DNA of 64,000 bases, taken from contig JAZOMF010000075.1 in assembly GCA_045653805.1 (NCBI GenBank), forward strand, positions 123,200 through 187,199. Direction: 5' to 3'. This DNA is from Eubacteriales bacterium (GTDB lineage Bacteria > Bacillota > Clostridia > Oscillospirales > CAG-272). The position numbers and the translations under genes were made by a program. Of the stretch, positions 1-10,175 are shown piece by piece; positions within the stretch are counted from its first letter, which is position 1; each line of letters begins with the position of its first letter. The notes beneath the pieces were generated by a model, which was given only the letters and a program-made list of their open reading frames with translations, was not told where the DNA came from and did no database searches.

Positions 1-274
1 CGAGGAATCCCGCCGAATGGAGGACATGATGAAGATGTACGCCAGCATGGGTATGGATATGGGAGGAGCATTCCCCACGGAATACACTCTGGTGCTCAAT
101 TCCGCATCTCCCCTCATCAAAAAACTCGCTACTATCAATGACACAGATATGGGCAAGGCAAAGCTGATTGCAAACGAGGTTTACCGTTTGGCACTTATCT
201 CCCAGCGACACATGACCGCCGAGGAGCTTAAAGCATTCCTCTCCGACAGTTTCAAAATATTGGAGATGCTCTGA
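1..274 (+). CDS. htpG: HtpG/Hsp90-family chaperone, C-terminal end only (5' part lies upstream of the window)
   Basis: The frame is open to the left edge. The tail (YTLVLNSASPLIKKL...ANEVYRLALISQRHMTAEELKAF) reads like the HtpG C-terminal domain. Stop TGA at 272-274. Confidence 0.75.
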   Translation, partial: EESRRMEDMMKMYASMGMDMGGAFPTEYTLVLNSASPLIKKLATINDTDMGKAKLIANEVYRLALISQRHMTAEELKAFLSDSFKILEML

Positions 275-1242
275 TGGGACTTATCTATTCGGATATTCCC
301 GAGCTTGAGGGCAGCAACACAGAAATCACTCTCGCCAATCTTTCGGAGCTTGAGCAAGAGCTTGAACTGATATTGGAGCAAAGGCTTGCTCATCTCGGTG
401 AGCTTTCTGCGGCAATACTGACCGACGGCGGAGATATAGACATCATAAAAAGCATAATTCTTTCGATAAAGTCAGAGGGCAAGGCAGATTCGGGCGAGAT
501 TATAAGCGAAAATCGCCATATTGCCGACGTTATTTTCTCAAAGCTGTCGCTAATCGAAAGATTAACGATTTTCAAAGAGGCGTTTGCCAATTTAAGTGAC
601 GAAAACAAGCAATCCTTGAAAAATTTATGGCAGAACCCTACCCTTAGATTGACCGCATACTCTGCCGAAAGAATAGCATACATCAAAAACTCATATAATG
701 ACACCGCATATATGCAATTCTCCTCTCTTTTGAAATCTCCCAAGGTGTCATATTTCACAAACGTAACCGACGTTTGTGACAGCGTTTACAAGGGAGATTG
801 CGAATATTGCATACTGCCCGTTGAAACCTCATCCGACGGAAAGCTTTTGTCTTTCTACGAGCTTATCTTCAAGTATAATTTCAAGATCGCATCGGTATAC
901 GATCTTCACAGTAACGACGGATACACAAGATATGCGCTTTTGAGTAAGCGATTGGGTACGCAAGGCTCAGCAATTAAGACCAAGGCGAGAAACAGACATT
1001 TTGAGTTTGCCATTTCAAGCGGTGATAACGTAAAGATTGAAGATGTTTTGTGCGCGGCAGAATTTTGTTCGCTTAAGCTCAGGCGAATCGACACGTTAAG
1101 TATGCACCGCGGTGGAAATGACAAGGAAACCTATTTCTGCCCCATTTTCAGAGCTGACGGCGCAGACTTACAAACTTTTCTATCATTTTTGGCAATAGAT
1201 TGCCCCGATTTTATCCCAATCGGACTCTATACACAGATATAA
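274..1242 (+). CDS. Divergent prephenate-dehydratase-like protein (PDT-like core plus ACT-like C-terminus, coiled N-terminal ~110 aa)
   Basis: The ATG overlaps the htpG stop (TGATG). The block RIAYIKNSYNDTAYMQF...CDSVYKGDCEYCILPVETSSDGKLLSFYELI...GYTRYALL follows the PDT pattern (Gly-rich start lost, PxEN -> PVET, TRF -> TRY). Function is not assignable. Confidence 0.45.
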   Translation: MGLIYSDIPELEGSNTEITLANLSELEQELELILEQRLAHLGELSAAILTDGGDIDIIKSIILSIKSEGKADSGEIISENRHIADVIFSKLSLIERLTIFKEAFANLSDENKQSLKNLWQNPTLRLTAYSAERIAYIKNSYNDTAYMQFSSLLKSPKVSYFTNVTDVCDSVYKGDCEYCILPVETSSDGKLLSFYELIFKYNFKIASVYDLHSNDGYTRYALLSKRLGTQGSAIKTKARNRHFEFAISSGDNVKIEDVLCAAEFCSLKLRRIDTLSMHRGGNDKETYFCPIFRADGADLQTFLSFLAIDCPDFIPIGLYTQI

Positions 1243-1285
1243 AAATTAAAACAAATGAATATATTTTGAAAGGAAATACAAAACC

Positions 1286-1537
1286 ATGGAACACATTACT
1301 TACAAAACTCAGGGCACCTGCTCCCGTCAGATCGACATTGACGTTGAAAACGGCATTGTAGTAGAAGCAAAGTTTACCGGCGGATGCTCCGGCAACACCC
1401 AAGGAGTTGCTGCTCTCGTTAAGGGAATGAGCATTGAAGAAGCAATCAATCGCCTTCGTGGAATTCATTGTGGCCCCAGACCCACCTCCTGCCCCGACCA
1501 GTTGGCTCAGGCTCTCGAACAGTACAAGAATGCTTAA
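1286..1537 (+). CDS. TSCPD domain-containing protein (TIGR03905-type small protein)
   Basis: 83 aa with literal TSCPDQ motif and GGCSGNTQG block. RBS GAAAGGAAA lies upstream. Confidence 0.8.
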   Translation: MEHITYKTQGTCSRQIDIDVENGIVVEAKFTGGCSGNTQGVAALVKGMSIEEAINRLRGIHCGPRPTSCPDQLAQALEQYKNA

Positions 1538-1569
1538 ATTCAAATTTTAAATTGAAAGGATGTTTTTCA

Positions 1570-3282
1570 ATGACTTATCTTGAGAATTACAATCTTTGGT
1601 TAAACTCCCCCGTCCTCACCGAAGCTGAAAGACAGGAGCTTCGTGACATTGCAGGAAACGATGACGAGATCAAGTTCCGTTTCACTTCCGGACTCACATT
1701 TGGTACCGCTGGACTCCGTGGCACTATGAAGATCGGTATGAACGCTATGAACGTTTACACCGTAGCTCAGGCTACCCAGGGTCTTGCTACCCTTATTCAC
1801 AAGGAAGGCAGAGCGGCAGACGGCGTTGCAATCGCTTATGATAGCCGCAACAATTCCGAGCTTTTCGCTCGCGTTTCCGCAGAGGTGCTTGCGGCATCTG
1901 ATATTCCCGTTTATATTTTCGACGCTCTCCGTCCTACTCCCGAGCTTTCCTTTGCTCTCCGTGAGCTTAAGTGCGTTGCAGGTATCAACATCACCGCATC
2001 TCATAATCCCAAGCAGTATAACGGATATAAGGCTTACTGGGAGGACGGCGCACAGCTTCCCCCCGAGCACGCTAATACCGTTTACGAGGAGATCTGCAAG
2101 ATAGATATTTTCAACGATGTAAAGCGAGTTGATTTCGACGAGGCAGTTGCCGCAGGAAAGATCAAGATCCTTGGCAAGGAAATGGATGAGCTTTATCTTG
2201 CCGAGGTGCAGGCACAGGCGGTCAACCCCAATGCTGTAAAAGCGGTAGCAGATGAGCTTAAAATTGTCTACTCTCCCCTTCACGGTACGGGTCACAAGCT
2301 TATCCCCGAGATACTTTCAAGAACCGGCATTAAGCACCTTTACAAGGTTGAGGAGCAGTTCGTAATCGACGGCAACTTTCCCACTGTGTCAAAGCCCAAT
2401 CCCGAGTACGCAGAGGTATTTGAACTTGGTATCGCTATCGCTGACCGTGTAGGAAGTAATCTGGTAGTTGCCACCGACCCCGACGCCGACCGTGTTGGCG
2501 TTGTTGCAAGAACCAAGGACGGTAGCTTTAAAACCATCACGGGTAACCAGATGGGCGCGCTCCTTATCGATTATATCATCACCGCATATGAGGAGACCGG
2601 CACTATGCCCGATCAGCCTTACGTTGTTAAGTCTATCGTGTCATCTGAGCTTGCTACCAAGATTTGTGAGGCACATAACGTTGAGATGTTCAATGTTCTC
2701 ACCGGATTTAAGTTCATTGGTGAGGTTATAAAGAACCACGAGGCGACCGGTGAAGGATCTTACATCTTCGGATTCGAGGAAAGCTACGGCTATCTCAAGG
2801 GCACCTACGCTCGCGATAAGGATGCAGTTGTTGCTACCATGCTTATCTGCGAGATGACCGCATACTACCACGCCAAGAATATGACCCTCTACGACGCGCT
2901 TGAAGGTCTCTACGCGAAGTACGGCTTCTGCCTTGAGCAGAACGTTGAGATCTACATGGAAGGCGTTGAAGGCCCTGCAAAGATGGCGGCCCTCCTTGAC
3001 GGTATGAGACAAAATACTCCTACCGAGCTGGGCGGCATCAAGGTAGTTACCTTTGGTGACTACAAGGAGCAGACCTTCACCAACGTGGCAAACGGAGAAA
3101 AGACCTCCACGGGTCTTCCTAAATCCAACGTGCTCTCATTCAAGCTTGAAAACGGCGATGTAGTTATCGTCCGTCCCTCCGGCACCGAGCCTAAGGTTAA
3201 ATTCTACTTTATGGTCTCCGCCGCAGATCAGGAAACTGCTCTTGCTAATATCGAGGCATACAAGAAGACGCTTAATATCTGA
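1570..3282 (+). CDS. Phosphoglucomutase/phosphomannomutase family (alpha-D-phosphohexomutase)
   Basis: Catalytic loop GINITASHNPKQYNGYK and metal loop ATDPDADRVG. I chose the internal ATG at 1570 (MTYLENYNLW...) because the longer ORF-track start at 1468 overlaps the TSCPD gene. Confidence 0.9.
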   Translation: MTYLENYNLWLNSPVLTEAERQELRDIAGNDDEIKFRFTSGLTFGTAGLRGTMKIGMNAMNVYTVAQATQGLATLIHKEGRAADGVAIAYDSRNNSELFARVSAEVLAASDIPVYIFDALRPTPELSFALRELKCVAGINITASHNPKQYNGYKAYWEDGAQLPPEHANTVYEEICKIDIFNDVKRVDFDEAVAAGKIKILGKEMDELYLAEVQAQAVNPNAVKAVADELKIVYSPLHGTGHKLIPEILSRTGIKHLYKVEEQFVIDGNFPTVSKPNPEYAEVFELGIAIADRVGSNLVVATDPDADRVGVVARTKDGSFKTITGNQMGALLIDYIITAYEETGTMPDQPYVVKSIVSSELATKICEAHNVEMFNVLTGFKFIGEVIKNHEATGEGSYIFGFEESYGYLKGTYARDKDAVVATMLICEMTAYYHAKNMTLYDALEGLYAKYGFCLEQNVEIYMEGVEGPAKMAALLDGMRQNTPTELGGIKVVTFGDYKEQTFTNVANGEKTSTGLPKSNVLSFKLENGDVVIVRPSGTEPKVKFYFMVSAADQETALANIEAYKKTLNI

Positions 3283-3294
3283 TATTTATAAAAT

Positions 3295-3336
3295 ACCGCC
3301 GAGAGTGACAAATGTCACTCTCGGCGGTGTTATTTA
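3295..3336. terminator. Bidirectional intrinsic terminator between the phosphohexomutase gene (+) and dnaE (-)
   Basis: Perfect 15-bp stem ACCGCCGAGAGTGAC-AAAT-GTCACTCTCGGCGGT, flanked by an A-run and a T-run. Confidence 0.85.
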
Positions 3337-3349
3337 TAAATTTATGAGA

Positions 3350-6300
3350 TTATTTCAGAACAACGTTATCCTCTCCGATAATTCCCTTCAATTCTTTTAT
3401 AGCGTACTCAGAGTAGAACATTCTCTCGCTATATTCGGAGTATTTTGCGGTAGAAGAGTCGTAGAAAATGACCTTTACAGTGCCCTCGTTGAAAATATCT
3501 ACCATATTTTTAGCCTTTTTAAAGACCTCTCCCGACATATCGGGAACACGGATATATATCTTCGTGGGGGCGGGTGCTGTTTCTCTCGGTGCGTTTGTAC
3601 GATTTTCTCGTATCGGCACGGAGTTTGCCGATGACATTCCATACATCGAAAGATACATGTTTATCATGTCGGGCGCACCCTTTGCTTCGGTAGTAGGCAT
3701 CTCCACCTTGGATTCAGCCTGCGGAGACTTTGCACGGCTCTCCTCAGTTGCCTTGGGGCGGCTGATATATCTATCGTTGTCCTCAAGGGCTGTCAACTGA
3801 TTGACAAGTATCTTGGGGCTTTCATCGTCCTTTATCGACACCGTTCCTTCAACGTAGACAGCACCGTCAACAAATATGTCGGCGTAAAATTCGTTGTATT
3901 TTTTCGGGAAAACGATACATTCGGTCTCGCCGTATTTGTCTTCAAGTGTGAAAAACGCCATTCTATCATTGTTTTTCGTAGTTTTGAGAGATACCGAGCT
4001 GATAATACCTGCAAGCTTTACTCTATCCTTGTCGGAATATATCAATTCTCCACTCTCGTCACTCTCTTGAAGCTCCGCCGTTGTGATTACATCGAGATCA
4101 TCAACATGTTTGGAATAATTATCAAGCATATGACCCGAGAAATACATTCCCGAAGCCTCTTTTTCCATGAGCAGCTTTTCCTTGATTCCGTAATCGGGAA
4201 TATCTGGATATTCAAAGGAGGGCGCACTAAAGCTTGCCATCGAGAACATATCCATTTGCCCCGCAGGGTTATTTCTGCTCTTTTGCTGAACACAGTCGAT
4301 AAGGCTCTCGTAGGATGCAAGCAACTGCGAGCGGAAAAGACCGAGACCGTCAAATGCACCACATTTTATAAGTGCCTCCACCTGGCGCTTATTGAGGTCG
4401 GTAAGAACGCTCATTCGCTCAACGAAATTATCAAAGGAAGTAAATCTTCCGCCATCCTGTCTCTCATTTATGATGGCTTCAAGCATCTGCTTGCCCACGT
4501 TTTTAAGAGCCAATAAGCCAAAACGGATATTTCCGTTTTCTCTATCGGTAGCGAATGTAACACGGCTTCCGTTTATATCGGGCGGAAGCACCGAAATGCC
4601 GAACTTTGAGCATTCGTTTATATACTCAACGCTCTTGACCTGATTACCCAGCACGCTGGTAAGGAGCGCCGCCATATATTCGCCGGTGTAATGCGCCTTG
4701 AGATATGCGGAGCGATAGCTGATTACCGCGTAAGCAGCGGCGTGAGCCTTGTTAAAGGCGTAATTTGCAAAGCTCGCCATATCGTCGAAAAGCTTTTCGG
4801 CTTTCGCTTTGTCGATGCCTCTTTCATAGGCACCCGAAATAAACTGCTCGCGCTCGGCTTCAAGCACACTTGCCTTTTTCTTGGACATAGCGCGGCGCAC
4901 GATGTCTGCATGGCCGTAGGTATAGCCTGCGACGGTGCGGAATATGCTCATAACCTGCTCTTGGTACACGGTACAACCGTATGTCGAGCGAAGAATAGGC
5001 TCAAGCTCAGGCAGGTCATATACTACCTTTGAGGGTTCATGACGGCACTCAATAAATCGAGGAATAGAATCCATGGGGCCGGGGCGGTAAAGCGAAATAA
5101 CCGAAATTATATCGTCGATACACTCGGGGCGCAAATTCTGAAGCACCTGCTTCATTCCCGCAGACTCAAGCTGGAAAACTCCTGCGGTGTCACCGCGAGA
5201 GATAAGCTCAAAGGTCTTTTTATCGTCAAATGGTATCTTTTCAATGTCGAAATCAGGCTCAAATTCCTTGATCTGGGTTTCGGCATCGTTTATAATCGTC
5301 AAGTAACGCAATGACAAAAAGTCGAACTTGAGAAGTCCGAGATCGGCAATGGTATCCATATCAAACTGTGTGACTACCGTACTGTTGCTGACAGACAGCG
5401 GTACGTATTCACTGATAGGCTTGTCCGTAATGACTACGCCTGCCGCGTGAACCGAAATATTTCGGGGCATTCCCTCAAGAGAAATTGCGGTGTCGATAAG
5501 CTTTTTTATCTGCTCCGAGCCGTTGTAAAGCTCCTTAAGCTCGGGAAAACGGAGGGCGTTTTTCAAGGTCATTCCAAGCTCACGAGGAATAGCCTTTGCC
5601 ACTACGTCAACGTCGGAATAGGACATTCCCATAGCTCGTCCGCAGTCACGGACAGCCGCCTTTGCCGCAAGAGTACCGAAGGTAATTATCTGCGAAACGT
5701 GCTCTCTTCCGTATTTTCTCGTTACGTATTCGATGACCTCATCGCGACGGTTATAGCAGAAGTCCATATCAATATCGGGCATACTGACTCGCTCGGGGTT
5801 GAGGAAACGCTCAAAGAGCAGATCGAATTTGATAGAATCGATGTCGGTGATTCCAAGCAGATACGCCACAAGGCTTCCCGCGCCCGAACCACGCCCGGGA
5901 CCTACGGGAATGTCGGCATTTTTGGCAAATCCTACGTAGTCCTGCACGATGAGGAAATAGTCGGCGTATCCCATGGTGTTTATAACGGAAAGCTCGTAAT
6001 CTATTCGATCTCTATATGCTTGCTCATTGTTATGAGTCTCGTTTCCGAAGGTGAGATGACCGTTTTTCTGTCTGCGGTCAAGTCCTGCGAGGGTCAGCTC
6101 GCGAAGATATTCCTCTGCGCTCTTGCCGCCGGGACAAGGGAATTTAGGCAAGAAAACCTTGTCAAATTCAAGCTCAAGCTGACACGCATCGGCAATTTTT
6201 ACGGTGTTTTCGATAGCCCCCGCATATGCTCCGTAAATGCGCTTCATCTCGTCGGTGGTTTTGATATAATAATCGTCCACGCCAAAGGTGGGCTTGTTTT

Positions 6301-6994
6301 GGCTATCAAGGGTTGTATTGGTTTGAATACACATCAATACCTGCTGGATTTCGGAATCCTGTCTGCGAAGATAGTGGCAGTCGTTGGTAGCAACCATAGG
6401 AAGTCCGGTTTCCTCGGCAAGACGAACAAGCAGAGGCATCAGCTGTCGCGTTTCCTCGGTGCCGTGATCCTGCAATTCAATATAAAAATTATCCTTGCCA
6501 AAAATTGAGGAATAATCAAGGGCAGTCTTTTTGGCGCCGTCAATGTCGCCAGCCGCCAAAAGTCTCGGAATCTTGCCCGAAAGGCAAGCCGACAGAGCTA
6601 TAAGTCCCTCACTGCGGGTACGAAGCAGCTCCTCATCGATACGAGGCTTGGAGTAAAATCCCTCAGTAAATCCACGGGAAACCAGATCTATAAGATTCTT
6701 ATATCCTGTCATGTTTTTGCAGAGCAGAACGAGGTGATAATAGGAATCGTTATTTGCTCGCTTATCAAAGCGCGAGGATGTGGCAACGTAGACCTCGCAA
6801 CCGATTATGGGCTTAATACCCGCCTTTTTGCAGGTCTTATAAAACTCAATGACGCCGTACATATTGCCGTGGTCGGTTATAGCCACCGCATCCTGAGAGC
6901 ACTCGGCAAGTCTATTCGGTATTTCCGCTATTCGGCAAGCGCCGTCAAGCAAACTGTATTCAGTATGAAGATGAAGATGAACGAACTCTCCCAT
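3350..6994 (-). CDS. dnaE: DNA polymerase III alpha subunit (DnaE type)
   Basis: 1214 aa. PHP domain start HLHLHTEYSLLDG and palm block GPGRGSGAGSLVAYLLGITDIDSIKFDLLFERFLNPERVSMPDIDMDF. Confidence 0.95.
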   Translation of the reverse strand: MGEFVHLHLHTEYSLLDGACRIAEIPNRLAECSQDAVAITDHGNMYGVIEFYKTCKKAGIKPIIGCEVYVATSSRFDKRANNDSYYHLVLLCKNMTGYKNLIDLVSRGFTEGFYSKPRIDEELLRTRSEGLIALSACLSGKIPRLLAAGDIDGAKKTALDYSSIFGKDNFYIELQDHGTEETRQLMPLLVRLAEETGLPMVATNDCHYLRRQDSEIQQVLMCIQTNTTLDSQNKPTFGVDDYYIKTTDEMKRIYGAYAGAIENTVKIADACQLELEFDKVFLPKFPCPGGKSAEEYLRELTLAGLDRRQKNGHLTFGNETHNNEQAYRDRIDYELSVINTMGYADYFLIVQDYVGFAKNADIPVGPGRGSGAGSLVAYLLGITDIDSIKFDLLFERFLNPERVSMPDIDMDFCYNRRDEVIEYVTRKYGREHVSQIITFGTLAAKAAVRDCGRAMGMSYSDVDVVAKAIPRELGMTLKNALRFPELKELYNGSEQIKKLIDTAISLEGMPRNISVHAAGVVITDKPISEYVPLSVSNSTVVTQFDMDTIADLGLLKFDFLSLRYLTIINDAETQIKEFEPDFDIEKIPFDDKKTFELISRGDTAGVFQLESAGMKQVLQNLRPECIDDIISVISLYRPGPMDSIPRFIECRHEPSKVVYDLPELEPILRSTYGCTVYQEQVMSIFRTVAGYTYGHADIVRRAMSKKKASVLEAEREQFISGAYERGIDKAKAEKLFDDMASFANYAFNKAHAAAYAVISYRSAYLKAHYTGEYMAALLTSVLGNQVKSVEYINECSKFGISVLPPDINGSRVTFATDRENGNIRFGLLALKNVGKQMLEAIINERQDGGRFTSFDNFVERMSVLTDLNKRQVEALIKCGAFDGLGLFRSQLLASYESLIDCVQQKSRNNPAGQMDMFSMASFSAPSFEYPDIPDYGIKEKLLMEKEASGMYFSGHMLDNYSKHVDDLDVITTAELQESDESGELIYSDKDRVKLAGIISSVSLKTTKNNDRMAFFTLEDKYGETECIVFPKKYNEFYADIFVDGAVYVEGTVSIKDDESPKILVNQLTALEDNDRYISRPKATEESRAKSPQAESKVEMPTTEAKGAPDMINMYLSMYGMSSANSVPIRENRTNAPRETAPAPTKIYIRVPDMSGEVFKKAKNMVDIFNEGTVKVIFYDSSTAKYSEYSERMFYSEYAIKELKGIIGEDNVVLK

Positions 6995-7016
6995 AGCGTC
7001 CTGCCTTTCTTATTTT

Positions 7017-7925
7017 TTAAATCAATTCTCTGCTTTTTGCAAGATTCATGATCTTTGATATTCTGTGATTTAGTCCCGATTTTGAGATTGGAGGGGTATG
7101 TATTTCCGCAAGCTCGGATAAGGTAAGCGAAGGGTTTGCCAAACGAAGTGCCGCCGTAGCTTGAATGTCATCAGGCAATTCCTCGAATACTCCCGTTGCT
7201 ATCAAAGCTTCAATAGCCAAAACCTGCGAACTTGATGCTCCAACGGACCTTGCGATATTTCTGGTAACGCAATTAGTGGCGCGATTCTCGTAATTTCGAA
7301 GATCCTTTTCGATATAGCTGTCCAAAAATTCGAACAAGGTCTTGCTTGCACCGAAAACGGTTAAAGCATCCTCAATAGCCGAGTTGTTTTTATAAAAAAC
7401 ACTCATTTTACCGTGTCTTGACGTAATTCCGGGGGCTTCGCTTACCACTTCCTCAAGAATCGAATGGATAAGCATTGCACGGGTATCGTTGGCGGCGTAT
7501 ATTTCAAAGGTGTATGACTTTTTAGGGTCGCTGACGCTTCCGCTTGCACAAAATGCGGCACGGACGAATGTCAGCTTACACTTGTCGCATCCAAAATAGC
7601 CGTCAAGAGCCTCTACGTCCTCATCAGAGCCGGAAAACTCGTCTGCAAAGCGCAAAAAATCCGCTATTTTAGCCGAAGAAAAGCGCAACTCGGTAGCGTT
7701 GTAGCAACCTCTTTTGACGTCCTTTCTCACGGGCTCTATCTTGTATATCGCCTTTAGCAGGTGGCAGATCTGATCTGCGGTTGCACTGTCGGCTACTTTG
7801 ACGTATATTGACTTTTCCTCAAGCTCGGCAGACACCAAAGAGCCGAAAATATAAGCCTTTTTACAGCAATTACTCTTTATCGGCAAGGAATTTAATTCTT
7901 CCTTTACTTGTGATGAAAACGACAT
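7017..7925 (-). CDS. whiA: Sporulation/cell-division transcription regulator WhiA
   Basis: N-terminus MSFSSQVKEEL... and a C-terminal HTH (LSELAEIHTPPISKSGLNHRISKI). Size of 302 aa is typical. Confidence 0.9.
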   Translation of the reverse strand: MSFSSQVKEELNSLPIKSNCCKKAYIFGSLVSAELEEKSIYVKVADSATADQICHLLKAIYKIEPVRKDVKRGCYNATELRFSSAKIADFLRFADEFSGSDEDVEALDGYFGCDKCKLTFVRAAFCASGSVSDPKKSYTFEIYAANDTRAMLIHSILEEVVSEAPGITSRHGKMSVFYKNNSAIEDALTVFGASKTLFEFLDSYIEKDLRNYENRATNCVTRNIARSVGASSSQVLAIEALIATGVFEELPDDIQATAALRLANPSLTLSELAEIHTPPISKSGLNHRISKIMNLAKSRELI

Positions 7926-7942
7926 TTCAAAAATCCTTTCGG

Positions 7943-8851
7943 TCAGTTATAAGGGAGATATATTATCTCGCTTTCAAGATGTACGCCAAAGGTGTCCTTT
8001 ACGGTATCTTGGGTATGCTTTATCAAGGAGAGGACGTCCTCCGAGGTAGCGCCGCCTATATTGATGGTAAATCCCGCGTGCTTTTCGGATATCTGCGCTC
8101 CACCAACGGTGTAGCCCTTCAGTCCGCAATCCTCTATAAGCTTGCCTGCGAAGTGACCCACAGGGCGCTTGAAGGTGCTACCTGCATTTGGATATTCCAA
8201 GGGTTGCTTTTCACGGCGCGAGGTCATATTTTTAGTCATCACCGCAAAAATCTCCTCGGCATTTCCCTCTTTTAATTTCAACACGGTAGAAATAATTATG
8301 TATTCGGGATGCTCGGAAAAAATCGAGTGGCGGTAATCAAATTTATGTTCTTCGCCCTTGATGGTCTTTATCTCGCCGTCCGCAGGGTCAAAATACTCTG
8401 TCTCAACTACCACGTCTGACATCTGCCCGCCGTAAGCGCCTGCGTTCATATATACCGCACCACCCACAGTTCCTGGAATTCCGTAAGCAAACTCAAGCCC
8501 CGAGAGCGAATGCTTTCTGCCCACCTCGTCGGCAAGGGCTGTCAATGATCTGCCGCAGCATACACGAATGAGAGTTCCTTCATTTCCGTGAATATACTCG
8601 GTATCGCTAACGTGACTTGTAAAAATTATTATTCCGTCAAAGCCTCGATCGTCGAAAAGCATATTGCTTCCGTTTCCGATAACTCGGTATTTATATCTGC
8701 AATTTTGAACGCCCTTTAAGACCTCAATAAGCTCATCTCTGCTCTTGGGAAATACTGCATATTTAGCGTTTCCACCAATTTTAAAGCTGGAGTGCCTTGA
8801 AAGCGGCTCGTTTTCTCTTATTTCAATGCCTTGTGCAAAATCAAGTGACAT
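7943..8851 (-). CDS. murB: UDP-N-acetylenolpyruvoylglucosamine reductase
   Basis: FAD-binding blocks FKIGGNAKY and IGNGSNMLF, plus the C-terminal substrate block AGSTFKRP...AGKLIEDCGLKG. Confidence 0.92.
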   Translation of the reverse strand: MSLDFAQGIEIRENEPLSRHSSFKIGGNAKYAVFPKSRDELIEVLKGVQNCRYKYRVIGNGSNMLFDDRGFDGIIIFTSHVSDTEYIHGNEGTLIRVCCGRSLTALADEVGRKHSLSGLEFAYGIPGTVGGAVYMNAGAYGGQMSDVVVETEYFDPADGEIKTIKGEEHKFDYRHSIFSEHPEYIIISTVLKLKEGNAEEIFAVMTKNMTSRREKQPLEYPNAGSTFKRPVGHFAGKLIEDCGLKGYTVGGAQISEKHAGFTINIGGATSEDVLSLIKHTQDTVKDTFGVHLESEIIYLPYN

Positions 8852-8869
8852 AAATTATCCTCTCGATGA

Positions 8870-9559
8870 TCAAAAAACTATATCTTCTATCTCGGAAAGC
8901 TTGCTTACTGTGTAGGTTATGCTTAAATCTTCGGGAGCGTGCGCTCCTTTGGGGTTATACCAGCAAGTGTCAATGCCCGAATTGATACCGCCCTTTATAT
9001 CAGATGAAAGCGAATCTCCGATAATGATTGCTTGGTTCTTATCAAAGTCTGGAATTTTGGAAAAGACCGCGTCGAAATATTCTCTTGAGGGCTTTTCAGC
9101 GCCCATCTCCTCGGAAATGAACATATCCTCAAAATATTTACGAATAGGGCTTTTATCAAATCTGCCGTGCTGTACTATGGCATAACCGTTTGTTACTATA
9201 TACAATCTGAATTTACCGTAAAGCTTTTGGCAAAGCTCCTCGGCACCGTCTAAAAGATAGCACTTTTGCGACAGGCTGGTAAGATAGTGCTTGGCTATCA
9301 TTTCGGCATCGGAATCGGTCAATCCGTAAAAATCGAGGAAGGTTTTCCAGCGCGCAATAAAGAGATCCTTTTTGGTAATCTCACCGCGCTCCAGCATCTT
9401 CCAATATCCCTTATTTATTTCGGAATATTTTTCAATAATTTCATTTGTTTCGGGAAGCCCAACCAGAGATAGAACGTTCTTTACCGCCTCGTGCTCAGAG
9501 CGTTTGAAATCAAACAGAGTATCATCTGCATCAAATAAAATCGTGGTATATTTATTCAT
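8870..9559 (-). CDS. HAD-superfamily hydrolase (YjjG-like nucleotidase subfamily)
   Basis: Motif I ILFDADDTLFDF and motif IV IIGDSLSSDIKGG. Confidence 0.8.
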   Translation of the reverse strand: MNKYTTILFDADDTLFDFKRSEHEAVKNVLSLVGLPETNEIIEKYSEINKGYWKMLERGEITKKDLFIARWKTFLDFYGLTDSDAEMIAKHYLTSLSQKCYLLDGAEELCQKLYGKFRLYIVTNGYAIVQHGRFDKSPIRKYFEDMFISEEMGAEKPSREYFDAVFSKIPDFDKNQAIIIGDSLSSDIKGGINSGIDTCWYNPKGAHAPEDLSITYTVSKLSEIEDIVF

Positions 9560-9656
9560 TTCAATACCGCCTTAATTCAATATACTAATATTATACAATA
9601 AATATAAGAAAATTGCAACACCAATTTATAATTTAGCGTTGCAATTTTGAGTTTAA

Positions 9657-10175
9657 TCAATATTTCACACGGCACTCGGGGCATTCATCGCCGTAGCAAC
9701 TATTAAAGCCGCATATAGGGCAAATATGTTGCTCGACCTCACGGGTGAGATTTATAGGAAAACGTGTCCCCTGTAATCTATGTACTCGGTCGCCGTTATA
9801 ATATACCTTACCGACCTTACCGTATGGAAGTCTTAACTTGACCTTTTTGCCGCTTTCATCAAGTTTTATAAGCATAACTAAATCGTCCATAGCAAAACGA
9901 GGGTGTCTGATATACTCTCTTTTAGTTGAAATAACAGTACCGGTAAATTCCTTTGCAAAAAGATTGTGGAAATAATGAATTTTCCAAGCAATAAATACCC
10001 AAATTAGCAGCGAGAGCACGGCGGAAGCAAGTGTATATGTCAAACGAATACCATAGAAATCAAATACTGCATGGGAGCCTGTATGATAACATAATCCTGC
10101 CAATGCAACCGCTATCAGCAACAGAAAAACAGTTTTTTTGAGTATTAAAAGTCTGAGTCCCTTTTTTACGGTCAT
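9657..10175 (-). CDS. Hypothetical membrane protein with C-terminal zinc ribbon
   Basis: Strong RBS (AAGGAG), two predicted TM helices, and a C-terminal CPICG...CPECR motif. No family recognised. Confidence 0.6.
   Translation of the reverse strand: MTVKKGLRLLILKKTVFLLLIAVALAGLCYHTGSHAVFDFYGIRLTYTLASAVLSLLIWVFIAWKIHYFHNLFAKEFTGTVISTKREYIRHPRFAMDDLVMLIKLDESGKKVKLRLPYGKVGKVYYNGDRVHRLQGTRFPINLTREVEQHICPICGFNSCYGDECPECRVKY

Noticed and set aside
3350-3802. A ~150-aa C-terminal extension of DnaE beyond the OB-fold region: a low-complexity linker plus a small folded domain ending ...YAIKELKGIIGEDNVVLK.
   Set aside because: I cannot judge without an alignment whether this is unusual for Clostridia DnaE. 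It is likely a lineage-typical C-terminal domain.
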